A DNA stretch of 64,000 bases from assembly GCA_030704615.1 (NCBI GenBank), contig CM060731.1, forward strand, positions 40,052,001-40,116,000, in the 5' to 3' direction. The notes below the pieces were generated by a model that was not told the DNA's origin, did no database searches, and saw nothing but the letters and a program-made list of their open reading frames with translations. Positions 35,262 through 49,329 of the stretch are shown here, piece after piece. The position numbers were made by a program, and so were the translations under genes. The stretch is from Takakia lepidozioides (Eukaryota > Plantae > Bryophyta). Each line of letters opens with the position of its first letter. Position 1 is the first letter of the stretch.

Positions 35262-38200
35262 GGAGCTCAAAAATTCTCCGCTTAAATATCTTTGTTAACA
35301 ATGGCCTTCGTGTGCATTCCTTGAGATACGAGCAGCACAATCGGTTCTTGTGACAGCTGCATCGGTGTCACGCGCATTGCAAGAGGTACGGATCCCTGCT
35401 GCTACTAAGTGAACACATGTCGCTTGCAAATTTTCATGGATGGGTGACGGTTTAATGGCTGCACAATAGAAACCACGTACATCAGACACCCAACATCTCT
35501 CCTCTCAAACTCGTATACGAAAACACTGAACATTTTTCTAGCACAGCCGTAGACTAGATTTACCTCACGGTTCTGCATTCTGTTGGGGACCTGTCTGCCT
35601 CCAATTGCTAATTTGGATTACGACTTATGATTCACTGGCATTGCACTGACTCGCTCTTTTATACAGTGAATGAGGTCAGTTCCATCTGCGAGGGGCTTCT
35701 GGACTTGCAGCCCACAATCAAACCATTTACCTGTGTCCAGTAAAACTGTTGGCGAGTAGTGAGCCAGTTTCCATAATCTGTCCATTCAACGGAAAACCCA
35801 CTTGTCCCTCACTGTGATTCCCCGACATCCCAGCTACAAAATCTGCTTCAGCAATTTATGCTTATTTGGAGAGCGCCCCTCACAGGAAATTCGGCATTTT
35901 CACTAGGCGTGAAAAGCGAGAGAAGCGGCAAATGTGATCTATCGGACCTCTGAAAGCGAGTACCCTCCAGTGATTGCCTTCTTGGTCCACACATGGTCTG
36001 CAGGAGTTTTTCGACTAGCTCGAGTGCTCCAGAAAAGTTCTCTCTCTCACTCTCTCTCTCTCTCTGAGGCAGGTTGAACTAATTGTTCAACTGATTACTT
36101 TGCGCCGACATTCTTAGCCAACAGATTTTAAACGTCCCTTACACAAATGTCTAATCTGGCAGCTTCCTGCATCGACAAGAAGGAGAGCATGACGCACTCA
36201 CATGAAGAGAGCAACCTGCAATGCGCGTCATTCTAGCGATGCAGCATCCTCACTCTCCCACGCACTCTGCTCCTCCATCTTCACTTCGACGCCCAAGGAC
36301 ATCGCGAGCCCCCGGAGAATGTTCTGCCTCATCCAAACATCAAAAGACGCCCACGCCGAGTCCACACTAGCTCACCACCATGTGGATAAGCTCTCGATTT
36401 CCTGTCCAAATTTTCCCGGGGCCTGAGCTAGAGACTCTACCCGAGCTCCACCTTCCAAGCAATGTGGCACGATTTCGAGTCCCTCGGATCAAAGCCGGCC
36501 TGAAGAAGAAAGAAGTACCATCGGGCTGGCAACTGCAGCTGGCCTGAATCAGTTCAGAAGCCTGCACCCATAAAAGGACCTAGCTTATCTCCCGCACCCT
36601 CTGAACAATCCTGGCCTGGCACTTGATGAAACTCGGAAGCTCTTGTTGGTGCTAGCTTTGGTTGAGCTTTACTGCCACAGCTCACGCAACACTATGCAAT
36701 GCAGGCGAGAGAGAAAGAGATGGAGATGCAGCTCCCTCCCCCCAAGTATGTTCCGTTCTGGGATCTCTTCTGTCGCACACACAGTCTTCCTTCTCCCTCT
36801 CTCTATGTCCGAGGGTCCCACACTCGGTCTGTCTCTTGTCCTGTGAACGTCTTGTCCTCTGGTACAAACCACCCTGGCTAGCGGCACCACTTCATCCACA
36901 GACCTTCCATTCGTTCATCTCCGCCCGGATGCAGCCATGATTTTTTGTTCTCTATTCTGTTTAATAGCAACTAACTAGGCTATTGAACCCTAGAGACTCG
37001 AGAAAAGTGGGCCGGCGTCACTAAGAGTCACTTCACCTTGCGACTAACCCTACATTTTATCGTTAAATTTTCCACTAGTTTGGAATATTGTCAGCCTCCA
37101 CAGTAACCGACGGTTATGTCCATGTAAATACTTGCGAAACACCCTCCACAAGTTTGTGGTGCTGGGGCGCGGACAACGTAATGTATAGCGGAACGCCCTG
37201 AGTGGAGGGCATTCCTTAATTTGAGGCCCCGGAGTCGAGGACGGTAGTCCGAAGCCTGGGGCCAAAAAACTAAGGAATGCCTAACACCAGAGCGCTTCCT
37301 CGGCGGAAAGAAAGAGGCTGATTTTTCTCTATCACAGGAGTGCATTACACGCACTGGAATCCGCACTGTGCATTTTATCACAGTCCTGTAATGCCCCGGC
37401 ACGGATAGGCGGGCTATTCCGGTTTCTAACGAACAGATGTTAACCCACCTATCCATCCAGTTTCTGTTCATTCATCACTAAAATAGACCTTTTTTGGAGG
37501 AAGAAAAGAAGTTAAAAAAAGAAGAAAAGAAGATTATTAGAGGGGATAATTGGAGCGCACTGATTCCCCTGTGTCAATTAGGGCCTGCCCTACTTTAGGG
37601 CTGCACTGTAATGGGCAGCCCTAAATTTGAATTTCATGTGTCAGAGTAAGACGTGGTGATCCTCCATTAGGTGCACGCGATGTGCATTGACGACGTGTAG
37701 TCCACGTGTCTGCCACCCGCGGCGAAATATTCTCCTCGCCAATGTGTTTCGGGTTTATCTCGCACGTGTGTAGGTGTTATGCAGCAACCTCTTCAGAGCA
37801 TCCAAGGTTCAAACCCACCCATTGGCTGACCCTGTTTAGAAGGTTGACTGCTGTCGAGGCAAGCCTTCAACGTAGTGTAGAGTAGTTTTTGGATTACATT
37901 ATGGTCACATAAGGAAAAATAATCAAATAAGGCTCTCTCGGCGGCTGTATCAACACCGTGTGTGAAATGGAAGTGTACGAGTTAAGTAAGAAAGAAAGAA
38001 GAAGGGTACGAGTTGAGGACCGGTTCGAAATATGATTACTTGAAAAGCTAAATGTGGGTACAGATCTTTCCTTTGATACACGCCACAGTCTACCAAGTGT
38101 TGAAAAATAGAGCAAAGATCTTGACTTGCAAGGCCGGTCACACGGATTTGCTTAGAAATGCTCGAGTGCGCTGCTCCAGGTCAATGCTGCCCTTCAATGC

Positions 38201-41200
38201 CACGGGTCATGATCGATGCCGTCAGACCGTCAGAGGAAAGCTTGACAGACCCGTGATCTGTCCTCTCCTTCGTTTATTTATTTATCTGTTTTGTCCTCTA
38301 TTTATCTGTACTTTTGTAGCCGCCCTTTTTGTGATTGGTACTACTTTACGCATATTTTCTTCCAAATACTTCTAATATATGGCCATTACTAATAAAAGAC
38401 TAACTACGGAGAGTGTTAGTTAAATGTACCAACTAATTAGCCTGTGTTTACTTTACGTTGTTCAAGTCAGGAATCTTTGTACCCAACACGGGAGGATGAT
38501 ATTCATCCACTGTCATCCATAGAGGGTCTGTCTGTTGGCGGTACATACGTACAGCCAGGTTGGTAAGTTGTAAATACAGCGAGTCAGTCTTTATACAGAG
38601 ACGTACGCGTAGGTAGTCGGGTTGGGAGAATCGCGGGTGGCCATGTGAACACCCGGCATTTGTTGAGTAAATGACGGTCGCGATTGCAGCGCTGGTGCAG
38701 CCAACAGTGAGGATGACGGGTACGGACACCGTACCACAGCTTTATTTTGAATATACGAGAGCTCTGGACCGCGCAGCCGCCGCAGTCTCGGTGCGGTGAA
38801 CCGCGCGGCCAGACTCCAGTTTGCAGAGGGCAATGATCACGAGTCGGGTGTTTGGGTGGGTGGTTGATTCGTGGATGCAGAGGAATTTCCGGGGTGGCAG
38901 GATGGATCTGAAGCATGTGACACACTCATGCAGATGATCGTCGACAGCTCCGATCAATCCTTTGATGAGGGAAGTTCCTTTGTTGGGAGAAATACTAATA
39001 AGTTAGAGTCTAGAGAGCTGACGGAATTGATGAACAGCTGCAAGACGGTGCTGGATTGCTACTCGATCGTTGTGCAAAAAGCCTGCGGACTTTTGTGCAC
39101 GCACATATGGAAGGAATGTTGGCACGTCTCGTAACAAGGGCACCACCTGGGTAGTTGCGTGGCTGCCTTGGGAGGGGAGGAGAAAAGTTTATATTGTTAT
39201 TGTAATGAGGAGTATCATATTATAGTATGAAGTAGCGGTAGGAGGAAGGTCTCGTATCAGACTCCAGAGGAGACATGCCGTGGACCACAAGTTGCCAGGC
39301 AATAATCTACTTAAGTACGTTAGTCTTCTCCTTTCACACTTGCCCAAGTAAGCAGCGTACCTCCATCTCTGCTACTGAGTCCGGGCAGTGAGAAAGAAGA
39401 ATAAGGTAATGAACAAAGGATGGGCCAAGTTTGGAAGCTTCAGAGCTGACTTCATTTCCTCATTGAGATAGAAAAGGTCACGGAAGGACCATTTGGAGGC
39501 AAACTTGGCAAATTGTAATTTGCCATCGACGGAGTGGGGCTTTGCAATAGAATTTAATGACTGAAGTAACCAAAGATGAGAATCCAAATGTGCCTCCTTG
39601 TAAAATCCTTTGCCATTTTTAGCGAGAATCCACTTTTAACAAAAAAAACTTGTATTCTGTCGAATCGAATGATCATCTTTGGCACATGAGTCATGAGATA
39701 TGACCAATTCATTCTATTGCATGCAATTTAAGCACTGTATGAAGACCTCTCCTGCCCATCTCAGTTCACAACTGACAATGAGGGGCCATAGCAGAGGGGC
39801 CAGCTGATGAAAGAGGAGTACAAGGGCAGGAAGCAAGAAAGGATTGAGGAGCCGAGCATGATGAGCACCAGGATGTTCCCTTCCAACCCAGCAGAGAGGT
39901 CTGAAAGGTCCATCACAACTACGGAATCTAATGGGTTTCTGGTACAGAGGCGTGTTTTCTGGCTACTTTTGCGTAGCACAGGTCTGGCAGGCCACATGGA
40001 GGCGACGCTGCGGCACATGCGGCACAGGACGCCCCGCCTGCAGCCCGCCAGCTTGCCCACTGCGCGCATTCCATTTCCGCCACCCCCTCCGCATTTCACC
40101 ACCAACGTCTGTTTCAACTATTGTTTCAAGTAGCACCACTGTTTTCATTTGGCTCATGATCTGGTGACAGTGTGTATATTATTCCGAACCTCTTGTGGCT
40201 TAATTTATTCTTAAGGAGGCCAACTCAGTATTCCCTTTATGCAATCATCAATCATCAGCAGCAGTGACTTTTGGACAGCCCTTTGAACACACTTTACTAC
40301 TTACTGCCTAACTTAACGCCTGCACTGAGCACACAGACGGCAAAAGAAAAAGGAAAAGGAAAAGAAAGTTTCTCTCTTTTATAAGATTTCAATTCCGTTT
40401 CGTCGTCTTCCTTGGGGCTCTGTGCCCTGTGTGCCTCGTGATTCAGGAAAGGGGTCAGTTTCCGCAGTTTCCCTCTCAGGGCCTCCGCCGTAGCCGTCGC
40501 ACAGGAATTTTTTTAAGAAGAAAATGCAGGCGTAGATATGGATGCTCACGTCACACACATGGTGAAAGAATACTTTTCAGCATCTGATCTATACCCGGTG
40601 CCCACTGTTTCTTCAGGATTAAATCAGATTGCCAGGGCAGATTGACCTTCAAGACCCATTTTACCCTTCAAGGCTTCAAAGAAGGGCAATCTCATGCCTG
40701 AATTGCAATCCTCTTTTCCACACCCACAGTGAGTGGATCATCAGCAAAACGAAGTTGTTTATATTGTATATGATTATTTTATTTCCTTTTAACAATCCCG
40801 AGTCATTCCATGCAGAATTATTGGCCTTACAATCTTCCTGTGCAGCTCGACCGTGATCATCATTCACCTCAACGACTGGTAGCTGAACTTGCCGCGCTTT
40901 CAATGTCCATCGTATCGGTAAATAGGTGTGATGCACATGGAGGTTATAGGTCGCCAGAATAGACAGAAAGTGGATCCTGATTTGAATAGAATAATAGTAG
41001 AGGCGTGATCATATAATATAGTCTTTGTTGTTGTCCCCCGTGGGCTAGGATTATTGCAACCCCAGTTTTGCTGGGCTATAGTTTCTCCAGCCCCATGTGC
41101 TGGGTCCCGCAACCACATCCAATACCATCACTGACCCACACTCTATATCGGATTCTTGGAGGCGTCACCAAGGTGGCATGCTCAACATTCTGGCCTGAAC

Positions 41201-43904
41201 ACACCTGCAACTTGCAACAGAAGAGGAGGTGGTTTTCAAAAGAATCTCTGATGCAAATAATCAACCAGACCTTGGGAGGCGCGCCCACTGTGACACTTGT
41301 TCCATGCTGTCTGTTGCTTCCGAGCTAAATGATGAGAGTCTGCATTGCCATCCCATTGTCCCAATTACTTAAGAGTCGGTTATGGCTCTGGCTCTCGGGC
41401 CTGTCTTATTAGAGCAGGTCATGGGCTCTGGGCCCTGGCTATGGTGTAATAATAGGCTCTTATTAGTCCGGGGTCCCGGGTGATGGGCTATGTCTGACTT
41501 CATGTACCTATCCCTTCAACATGTAAGTGCAAGTCTCTTCCAATCGTAGTCGTGGAGGTTGAAACGGGACTCTCTTGGAGAAATATCGCAGCTATAGATG
41601 GACTAGAATGGGACTTCTGAGACGGCCCTCCGTAGTCCGAAGAGGTTTGATTGAGTTTAATTGGATATCTCATATTACGAACCCACTTCTTCTGCCCAGG
41701 AAAGCTCCGTTAGTTTGACCAAAGGACCACTTGACCAAATGTCGATACTCCATACCCAGATCTACCTACAAGTTGGGCCTGCGTAGTACATGTGCTTATG
41801 CCGCTCCTCGTGGATAAGCGGGACGCAGTGAAGAAACTGGCAGCCTGGAGCTCTGCTACAGAGAAGCATTGCAGAGCTCGGTATGGGCTTTGCTCTTTTA
41901 CTCGGTTTTGGAGCCCATTAGAGCTTAGCCAGACTCTGATTTTTTTGACTAAGACTTCGATGCCTCTGCTTGCCGTGGACGCCTACTCTCCAAGCAAAAT
42001 CAACTCACAAACCTCTCCCTCCGACCTCGGACTAACTCCATCGCACGGACCATCAAGTCTATCTACCTTTTCAAAAACCGAGTCCCATCATTCAATTACA
42101 CTGCGGGATACTTACAGGGAAAAGAGAAAAGAGGCAATCATTCAACTGCATCGCAATCCCTGTCTTCATACGCCGCGTATTTAGTCGCTGCCGACAAATA
42201 TTTACGTTCCGGCGAACTTTGTGGGAGACATTCTCGACAATATCATATTTCGGAAAAACCTAAGAAAATAAAAATAAAATAAACAGGAAAACATTATTTC
42301 AAGTTATTTGACTCAATTGAGAGAAAATGATTGTATGCTACATGATGATGGCACGCATCCATGCATGATGGGTGACCAACATGATAGGTAGTATCAATAA
42401 AAAAAGGTACTTTAATTGGAAAATACAAAAAAGGAACCATCCGTTACAATAGTCCCATAATGTTTGCAATCGTGGCCGTCCCCTGTTCTTGCATCCACTT
42501 CAACTTATTTTGTTGACCAGTAGCTCCACCGTACCCGGTCTACCGTCACCGCCTGTCACCGGTCATGGCCGGTACGTACACGGCTGGCAGGAATTTTGAA
42601 AGAGCAGTACGACCGGTGGTCACCGGTACGACGGCCCTGTTGACCACACCTCGGAAGGCCAGGCTTGACCCTAACGGACCGTACCACGTGGCGGTGGGTT
42701 GTAGGGTAATGGCGAAACTCGGGCAAGCATCTTTGCTGTCAGGCGAAACACCGCCCCGGTACGGCGATGCCCTGCGAGGTCATGAAATCATGATGCGCCC
42801 ATGACCCCATGGGCGTTACATACAGCCGGCATCATACGACCGTATGGGGTGTCCATGCCCCCATGGACAGTCGAGACTAACTAATTACTATTCCGGCTAA
42901 CTAATGCACAGATAGGATAACTAATCCGAGTGTACTATTGGGACACGCCACGTAGTTGTCTGAGGGCCGGGGACAGCGTTTGCCGCCGACTGACAGACAC
43001 CACTACCGAGGCCGAATATATTTGGATGAATCTTGAGCATCATCCATCGTTGCCGGATGACGTTATGCCCTACATAATAGGGGGCGACCGGAGTGACGGG
43101 TGTCAGACGGTGCAATGACGGGCCGGGTACTGTCGGTCGCCCGCGCGCCATTATCGGACACGACCTATGATTTTCCGCACGCGTCAGATACCGAAGGACC
43201 TTTTTCGTTTTGTTTTCGAATTTGTTTTATGTACTTTTTTAGCGTATATTTATTTAGAAGCGAGCCGTTGAGCGAAGAATTAAAGGGAAATGACGGCTGT
43301 TTGTCTTGTGGGCGCCTTTAATCGCCGCTTTTTATGCAGGCCGGGGCGAGCGAGGCGGGCAAACGATATGGGATTAATGAGTGCCCCATTTATGAGCAGT
43401 AGCTGGATTCCAAAAATAAACGCCATCGACACAGGACACTTGAAGACAGTGTGGTATGAGTTATATGTGTGCATCATTTTGGTCCATTGAATGAAGCTGG
43501 TGTCTCCAAGGAAGGCTTGATTGACTGACACGCTTATTTAGTGGTGCCACTAATTGCGCCAAGTCAAATGGCTGCAGATGGATTGCATAATCAACACCAT
43601 ATCTATCCCTAAACGACCCCCAAATTTATGTCATAAATCAAATCATTCTTCCTATCACTAACTCCTGCATTTGGCGTTTCTGATGAATTGATGACCCAAA
43701 TACTTTTACAAGACATTCAACGAAGGTGGCAGGGATGATACATGTAGGTAGGCCTAGTAATGATTTACAAGGAGGCTTTGTACAGTTTGTTTTGATCTAT
43801 CCCTTTTTGTTTCTCTTTTTTTTGGAAAAGAGAAATATCCTACCTGGGAGTCGGGACAACGCTCTTCAATAAAGCTCTCAAGGGCGTCCTGGTTGTTCCC
43901 CGGC

Positions 43905-44119
43905 CGGAAATTTAAAAAGAAAACATGGGAACGACAGCTCACAAATCCGGGCCCTTAATTATAGGTAGAGGAGAAAGTCGCCGTGAAGGCTTTCTGATGG
44001 GACACCGCCCAAAGGAACGGGTTGAAGAATATACCACAGCCATCAAGGTAATAGGATTTGACCCTAGAACCATCTGGGTGGAAATCATTGTACTATCCAA
44101 CTGAGCTACTGACTGTTGG
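43905..44119 (-). mobile_element. tRNA-derived SINE, family B, copy 2
   Basis: Reverse complement CCAACAGTCAGTAGCTCAGTTGG...GGGTCAAATCC...GATTTGTGAGCTGTCGTTCCCA matches the head and tail of 21954-22176. Confidence 0.8.
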
Positions 44120-44173
44120 CTGCCTTTCGATGTAGAATTCTTATCATGTCACATACTGAGTAAAGGTCCAAAC

Positions 44174-45066
44174 CAGTGTTGCGCGGGTCCGGGTTTTGAA
44201 GGCGGGTACCCGGCGGGTTGTGATCCGGGTTACCCGCACCCGCACCCGGACCCGGGCTATCACAAAAAACCCGGATCCTGACCTGAAATGAACCTGGGAC
44301 CGGACCCGGCCCCGCCTGCTGGGTCCACCCAACCCGCGGGCCAATGTAGCGGGTTAGGGTCCGGGTTTTAATTTTAGATGGGGCATGCGGGGTCCACCTT
44401 GGATCTGGTAGGAGAGGGGACGAGCAGCAATAGGCAGCAGCAGCCAGCCCCACCACGTTGTAGCCCAGTGGTAATGCCCACATACCACCTCAAAAGCGGT
44501 TGTGGGTTCAATCCACGGAGTGGTGTCACAAAGTTGTGCCCTCTGGGACCATAATTTACACCTCCCAAAGGAGGCGTCTTATATTATTATTTGGCCAGAT
44601 CCTACACATCCATGCTATAATGATCTATCCTTGAGGCATGTTACTATTCTTAACATGTTTATTGATATTAAAAAATAGAAAATGGAACTCAAACTTCTAT
44701 TTCAATTCTTGTGTTAAATGAGCAATACATATTCATGGTATATTTTCTCTTAAAATAAAATTCATTATTAGGATTTAAATTCGTTTCCAGCCAAAAATAA
44801 ATTTATCCCTTATTAATCTTATTTTTCTAATTTATTTAATCAATTAATAAGGACCCGGATCTGAACCCGTGAACCCGCTAATATTTCCCAACAACTACCC
44901 GGACCCTAACCCGAGTCCGTGTTGACAAACCCGGACCCGAACCCGGACCCGGATTTTCCAAATTTTAGAAACCCGGATCCGGACCCTGACTTGGCTCCAA
45001 AAAACAACCCGAACCCGGACCCGGACCCGGCGGGTTCCTTAAAAAGGCAGAACCTGCACAACACTG
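44174..45066. mobile_element. Non-autonomous hAT element (MITE)
   Basis: TIRs CAGTGTTG / CAACACTG, an exact 8-bp TSD GTCCAAAC (44166-44173 and 45067-45074), ACCCG subterminal repeats and an AT-rich core. Confidence 0.9.
44452..44592 (+). mobile_element. tRNA-derived SINE, family A, copy 2 (nested in the MITE)
   Basis: A box TAGCCCAGTGG, B box GGTTCAATCC, 3' hairpin CCTCC-CAAA-GGAGG and a TTA tail. Confidence 0.75.
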
Positions 45067-45759
45067 GTCCAAACCCAATATTGGTTCTATAGAAATTCAC
45101 GATGATGTGTTTACGATGGATACGATGACGTGTCTACAATGACGTGTGTACAAACCCTGGAGACGATGATGTGGCACTATGGCACCCTATTCCAGCTCTA
45201 AGCTAAACTAGTCTGGGACCTTCAGTTGTCGCTAGAACTACGCATGGTCCAATCCCAATGTTGGCTTCTCAAAAATCTGGTATTTCTTGAGTTTGAATTT
45301 GGAAGCAGGAAGGATGAAAGATTGTAGCAGTACGTACAGCAGGGATGGCATTGTTACATTACTCTGGGCAACCGCTTGAAAACATTGTGCAGACGTCACG
45401 GGACATTGTCAAGACCTCAGCTTCTTTGATGGGAAGAGAGTGGTCACAATGGAGCAGTGAAAGGTAGAGTCAGACAACAGTACCCACACCCCCCCATGAC
45501 AGATTTCTCATATGAAATGAAATGAAATGGTGCTTTATAACATCTGCGGAAAGCTCATAGAGCTTACAAGTGGAAGAACATGAGAAAGGAAACAAAACCA
45601 GAGCCAAGAATAAAAAGTATTGCTCAAGTGATTGTCTAAGGATGAAAGCCTCGTGCAGGTAAGCTGCCAAGCATTTCATATGGTGTGTTGAAAATTGGAA
45701 TAGAATCGGAGAATCCAGGTTAACAACTTGGCAAAAAACAGTGCAGTGCGTTTCTGATG

Positions 45760-46209
45760 TTACATCACTATTTACATCAGTAGGGAGCAAGACACACTCT
45801 ACTGCTGGCCTGGAATACCTGCACTGTCTGACTAAACTTCATTTTGAATTCAGCAGATTTGTAGTGTCCGTACTGAAAAGAGACTTTAGGGACCACGAAA
45901 GGTCATTCCACTAGTTTGGCCAGCACATGAGACTCAACAAATTACTGTCCACCATTTGACCACATCACATCATTTGGTCTTCAGTAATGTTACAGTGCAA
46001 ATGTGTGCAGTGAGTGTGACTTGAAAAGGCCATGAGCAAAAACCTGTGGAGGTCAGATTGGGTTTATGGTCCATGTCAGAATACTGGCCAAATGAGCACA
46101 TTTGCGTTGTTCTGCAATACAAGTGTTTCCACACATATGGTGTGTCTCCTCAGAGTCTCCAGCATGCCCCAACTGGACAGCGCTCCCAGAAGTCGAATGA
46201 ATTTATATG
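45760..46209 (-). repeat. About 420-450-bp dispersed repeat, inverted partner of 29503-29923
   Basis: Reverse-complement similarity as described for the partner. Confidence 0.9.
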
Positions 46210-46404
46210 GCAACCTCACACCAAGTCTCATATCTCTGTGAGGTGAAATACTAAAAGCAGACAAGGAAGTCCAAACTCCCATTGAGGAACACGCCCTGAA
46301 GACACAGAAAAAGGCCATACAAACACTAATCGAGAAGATCCCATCAGACTCTGAAGTGTACACAGAAAGTGGCCTTTGGACATGCAGACAGGCCTAAATT
46401 GTCA

Positions 46405-49277
46405 CTAATCCTTGCCAAAATCTGTATTGTAATGAGCACTGGACTCCAGCTTTTTGGCATCAGTCAGCTTGCGAACAGCCTGCAACATATTGTCCCCACA
46501 TACACAACATGGTCACAACTATCCCTGATGTTGATCTGTCCACTACAAAAAGATAGAACTTTGTTGGAACAATCGTTGCTGGAGGCATGCAACCGAATGT
46601 GTGACCCCGACGTCACCCACTCCTACAGTTGTACAAACCATTACCGAGGTGGACCAAACCCTGTTATCAAACACTGATATCAAGTGCCCATAGACGAGGA
46701 TTGCCAGAAAGTTTTTAACTACAATACTTACTTGCTCTGGTACTTTTGAAAGAGTCGTGAATGGTCTAGAGGCCACATTCCTATTGAGCATCGAGGAGGA
46801 ATAAGAGCACATTCCACTTCAACATTACATACTTTCAAAACTTGAGCTATGGCAACAATAGTTGTGTCCTTGGTACATGTCATGCTACAAACCTTCATGA
46901 AGTCCTCCTGCATGACATAGTCCCGCTCAGCACGAATGGCAAACATGCCTGCCTCCGTACATACATTTCAAAGGTCAGCACCATTGAATCCCTGCTCACA
47001 AAAAACAAGAAAACATTTCAATGGATCTACAGTTTCATTTAAGATCTCCTTTTTTCAGAAATGTAGGTAGCTGTTACGCTAATACACATGAGGAGCTCAT
47101 AAAACAGCTTAGTTCAGGTTGAATTACACCATAATCCCAGCTTCATAATACTATACCTCAGCAAGCTTTAACAATAGCCTCATAATCGATCTCTCCATGC
47201 TTTGTGATCCCTGCTGCATGTATTTTTAGAACCTCAGTCCGGCCCTGCTCATTTGGCAAAGGAATTTCAATCTTGCGATCCAACCGACCGGGCCGCAGCA
47301 ATGCTGGATCCAGAACATCAGGGCGGTTGGTGGCCATTATTATCTTCACCTGTGCATTATCCACCGATAAGCCAGGGTCATGACTCCACTTGAATAACCT
47401 AAACATATATGAGTCAAGAACGCACGCAAGCAAGGAGGCTGTGGCCTAGTATCAGGGTACCTTTCCAAGTTGGTCAAAACCATCCAGCTGATTCAAAAGC
47501 TCCATTAATGTATGCTGGATCTCTCGATCAGCACTAGTGCCCTCGCTGAACCGCCGGCCTCCAATTGCGTCGATCTCATCCATGAATATAATGCATGGCT
47601 ACACAGGCACACAGACACAAGCTTGGTCTGTTGGCATTGTACCCACTTCACACTAAAGGTAATCAACCTACCTTTCATCTCTCAAAACTCCAGATAAAAT
47701 TGAGGTCTGCAGGGATGCCACCCATCCCCAAAATCAAAGGGTTGAAAAAGTCTGCAAGAAAATATTAACCACCAACAATAAGAGAGAAGAGATAGCAAGA
47801 CAAACTTATTACGGCCAAGGAAAGCCCAAGGTGCACAAGCGAAACAATACAGAACAATCGAGAACAAATGGTAGAGCAACAACATAAATGAGAGAGAGAT
47901 TGTACTCATAAGACGTTGTTTGCCGTAGCCTTGTGGCCATTGATGAGAGAGAGAGAGAGAGAGAGAGAGCATACTTGGTGATCATGGGCATATCCAAACA
48001 TCTCTCGTATTAGCCTCGCACTCTCACCGATGTACTTATCCACGATTGCACTTGAAACCACCTACAAGTGATCCACTAGGTTTTGTGTTGTGACCCAACT
48101 GCAAGCCACAAGGAATGTGAAGACATGCTGAAGACACAGAACCATCACCTATCTGTTCAGCACTAAATTCCTAACCCTCACATCCCTTTCTGCAAAACTG
48201 CAGAGTCCTCGAAAGGGGGGAGACTTTCCAACCGATTGTAATAAAATAGAAATATATTCCACACAAGATTATCCCAGAATATGCTGCACACAGCAATACA
48301 CATTGCAATTTCAGAGAATTGTTCTGGTTCTCGGTAATATCATACTTTGAGGAAATTGGCATCAATGTTGCTAGCAATAGCTCATGCCAGTAGTGTCTTT
48401 CCTGTTCCTGGTGGTCCATATAGTAGTACACCCTAGGGTAGATCAAACACGCAACACAGTGTTTACTCTTGAGTTAGCCCACAAATTCTAGAATGAGGTA
48501 AAAAACACACTACCTAAGGAGCCTCCTCTTTGTTTCACTGATAAGCTTGTAAGGAATGGTAGGAAAATATACCTTGGGTGGCTTGATGCCAACGCGAATG
48601 AAGAGTTCTGGATTCATAAGGGGCAGTTCAATGGACTCTCGAAGTTCTCGGATCTGTTCACTCAGGCCTCCAACAGCAGAGTAACTCACATTCCCTGGGT
48701 CCTCATGTAGCATGTTGTACACAACTGGGTCCACCTGCTCAAAGAAATGAAACCTGCCTTGTCACACATATATTGGACACCCTAACAAACAAAGTAGCTT
48801 CTTTGTGACCCAGCTATGTGCCATGCTATTTGTCTTCTGAATCATAGATGGAAATGCCCTGATCTGAATGTGGTGCCATGCACCAACACCCCAGCATTGT
48901 GTTGAGGTTCCAGCAACCACTACGAACAGCAATCTTGAGTCTCCATGCCAATCCGTAAAGCCAGCACAGTCCACGTTTCATTGAAAGCTTTAAGGTTGCC
49001 CGAGGTCAGATAGGAGGTGTTGACAAAGGTCCTGATAGAGAAAAACAGTGCTGTGAAGAAAACTCATTGCTGGATTTCAATGCTGCAAAGCCAATACTAA
49101 GGAAACCACTTAATAGTATAAAATCTCAACTGAAAAGAAATTTCACCTCTCTTGGAAGTATGATGGTAAGGGTGGTCATGTCCAATGCAACTCGCGTACC
49201 TGCGGTCAACTTCTCCTTGTCCACCTTGTTGCGGCACCCTACGACATAGCGGGGGCCACTGCTTGCCTTCACAATCA
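46405..49277 (-). pseudogene. RPT4: 26S proteasome AAA-ATPase subunit RPT4 pseudogene (intron-containing, 5' exons not found)
   Basis: Eight GT-AG exons run from [14 protein letters not shown] through [17 protein letters not shown] and MATNRPD to AVRKLTDAKKLESSAHYNTDFGKD*. In-frame TGA at 48382-48384 and 46968-46970, a +1 frameshift near 47168, and a 2-codon deletion near 49160. Confidence 0.93.
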
Positions 49278-49329
49278 CTGTCCCCAGCATACCGGCCTGC
49301 ACACACCCTAGCCAAATAGGAAACTGCCA

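Noticed and set aside
38580-40170. GC-rich short ORFs as a possible gene
   Set aside because: No recognisable domain and no consistent exon chain could be built.
41370-43400. CpG-rich ACCGG/GTACC motif tracts and short ORFs as a defined transposon
   Set aside because: It looks TE-derived, but no TIR pair, TSD or transposase motif could be fixed.
46968-48384. Stop codons rescued by U-to-C editing or readthrough in RPT4
   Set aside because: The same gene has a frameshift, a deletion and missing 5' exons, and plant U-to-C editing is organellar.
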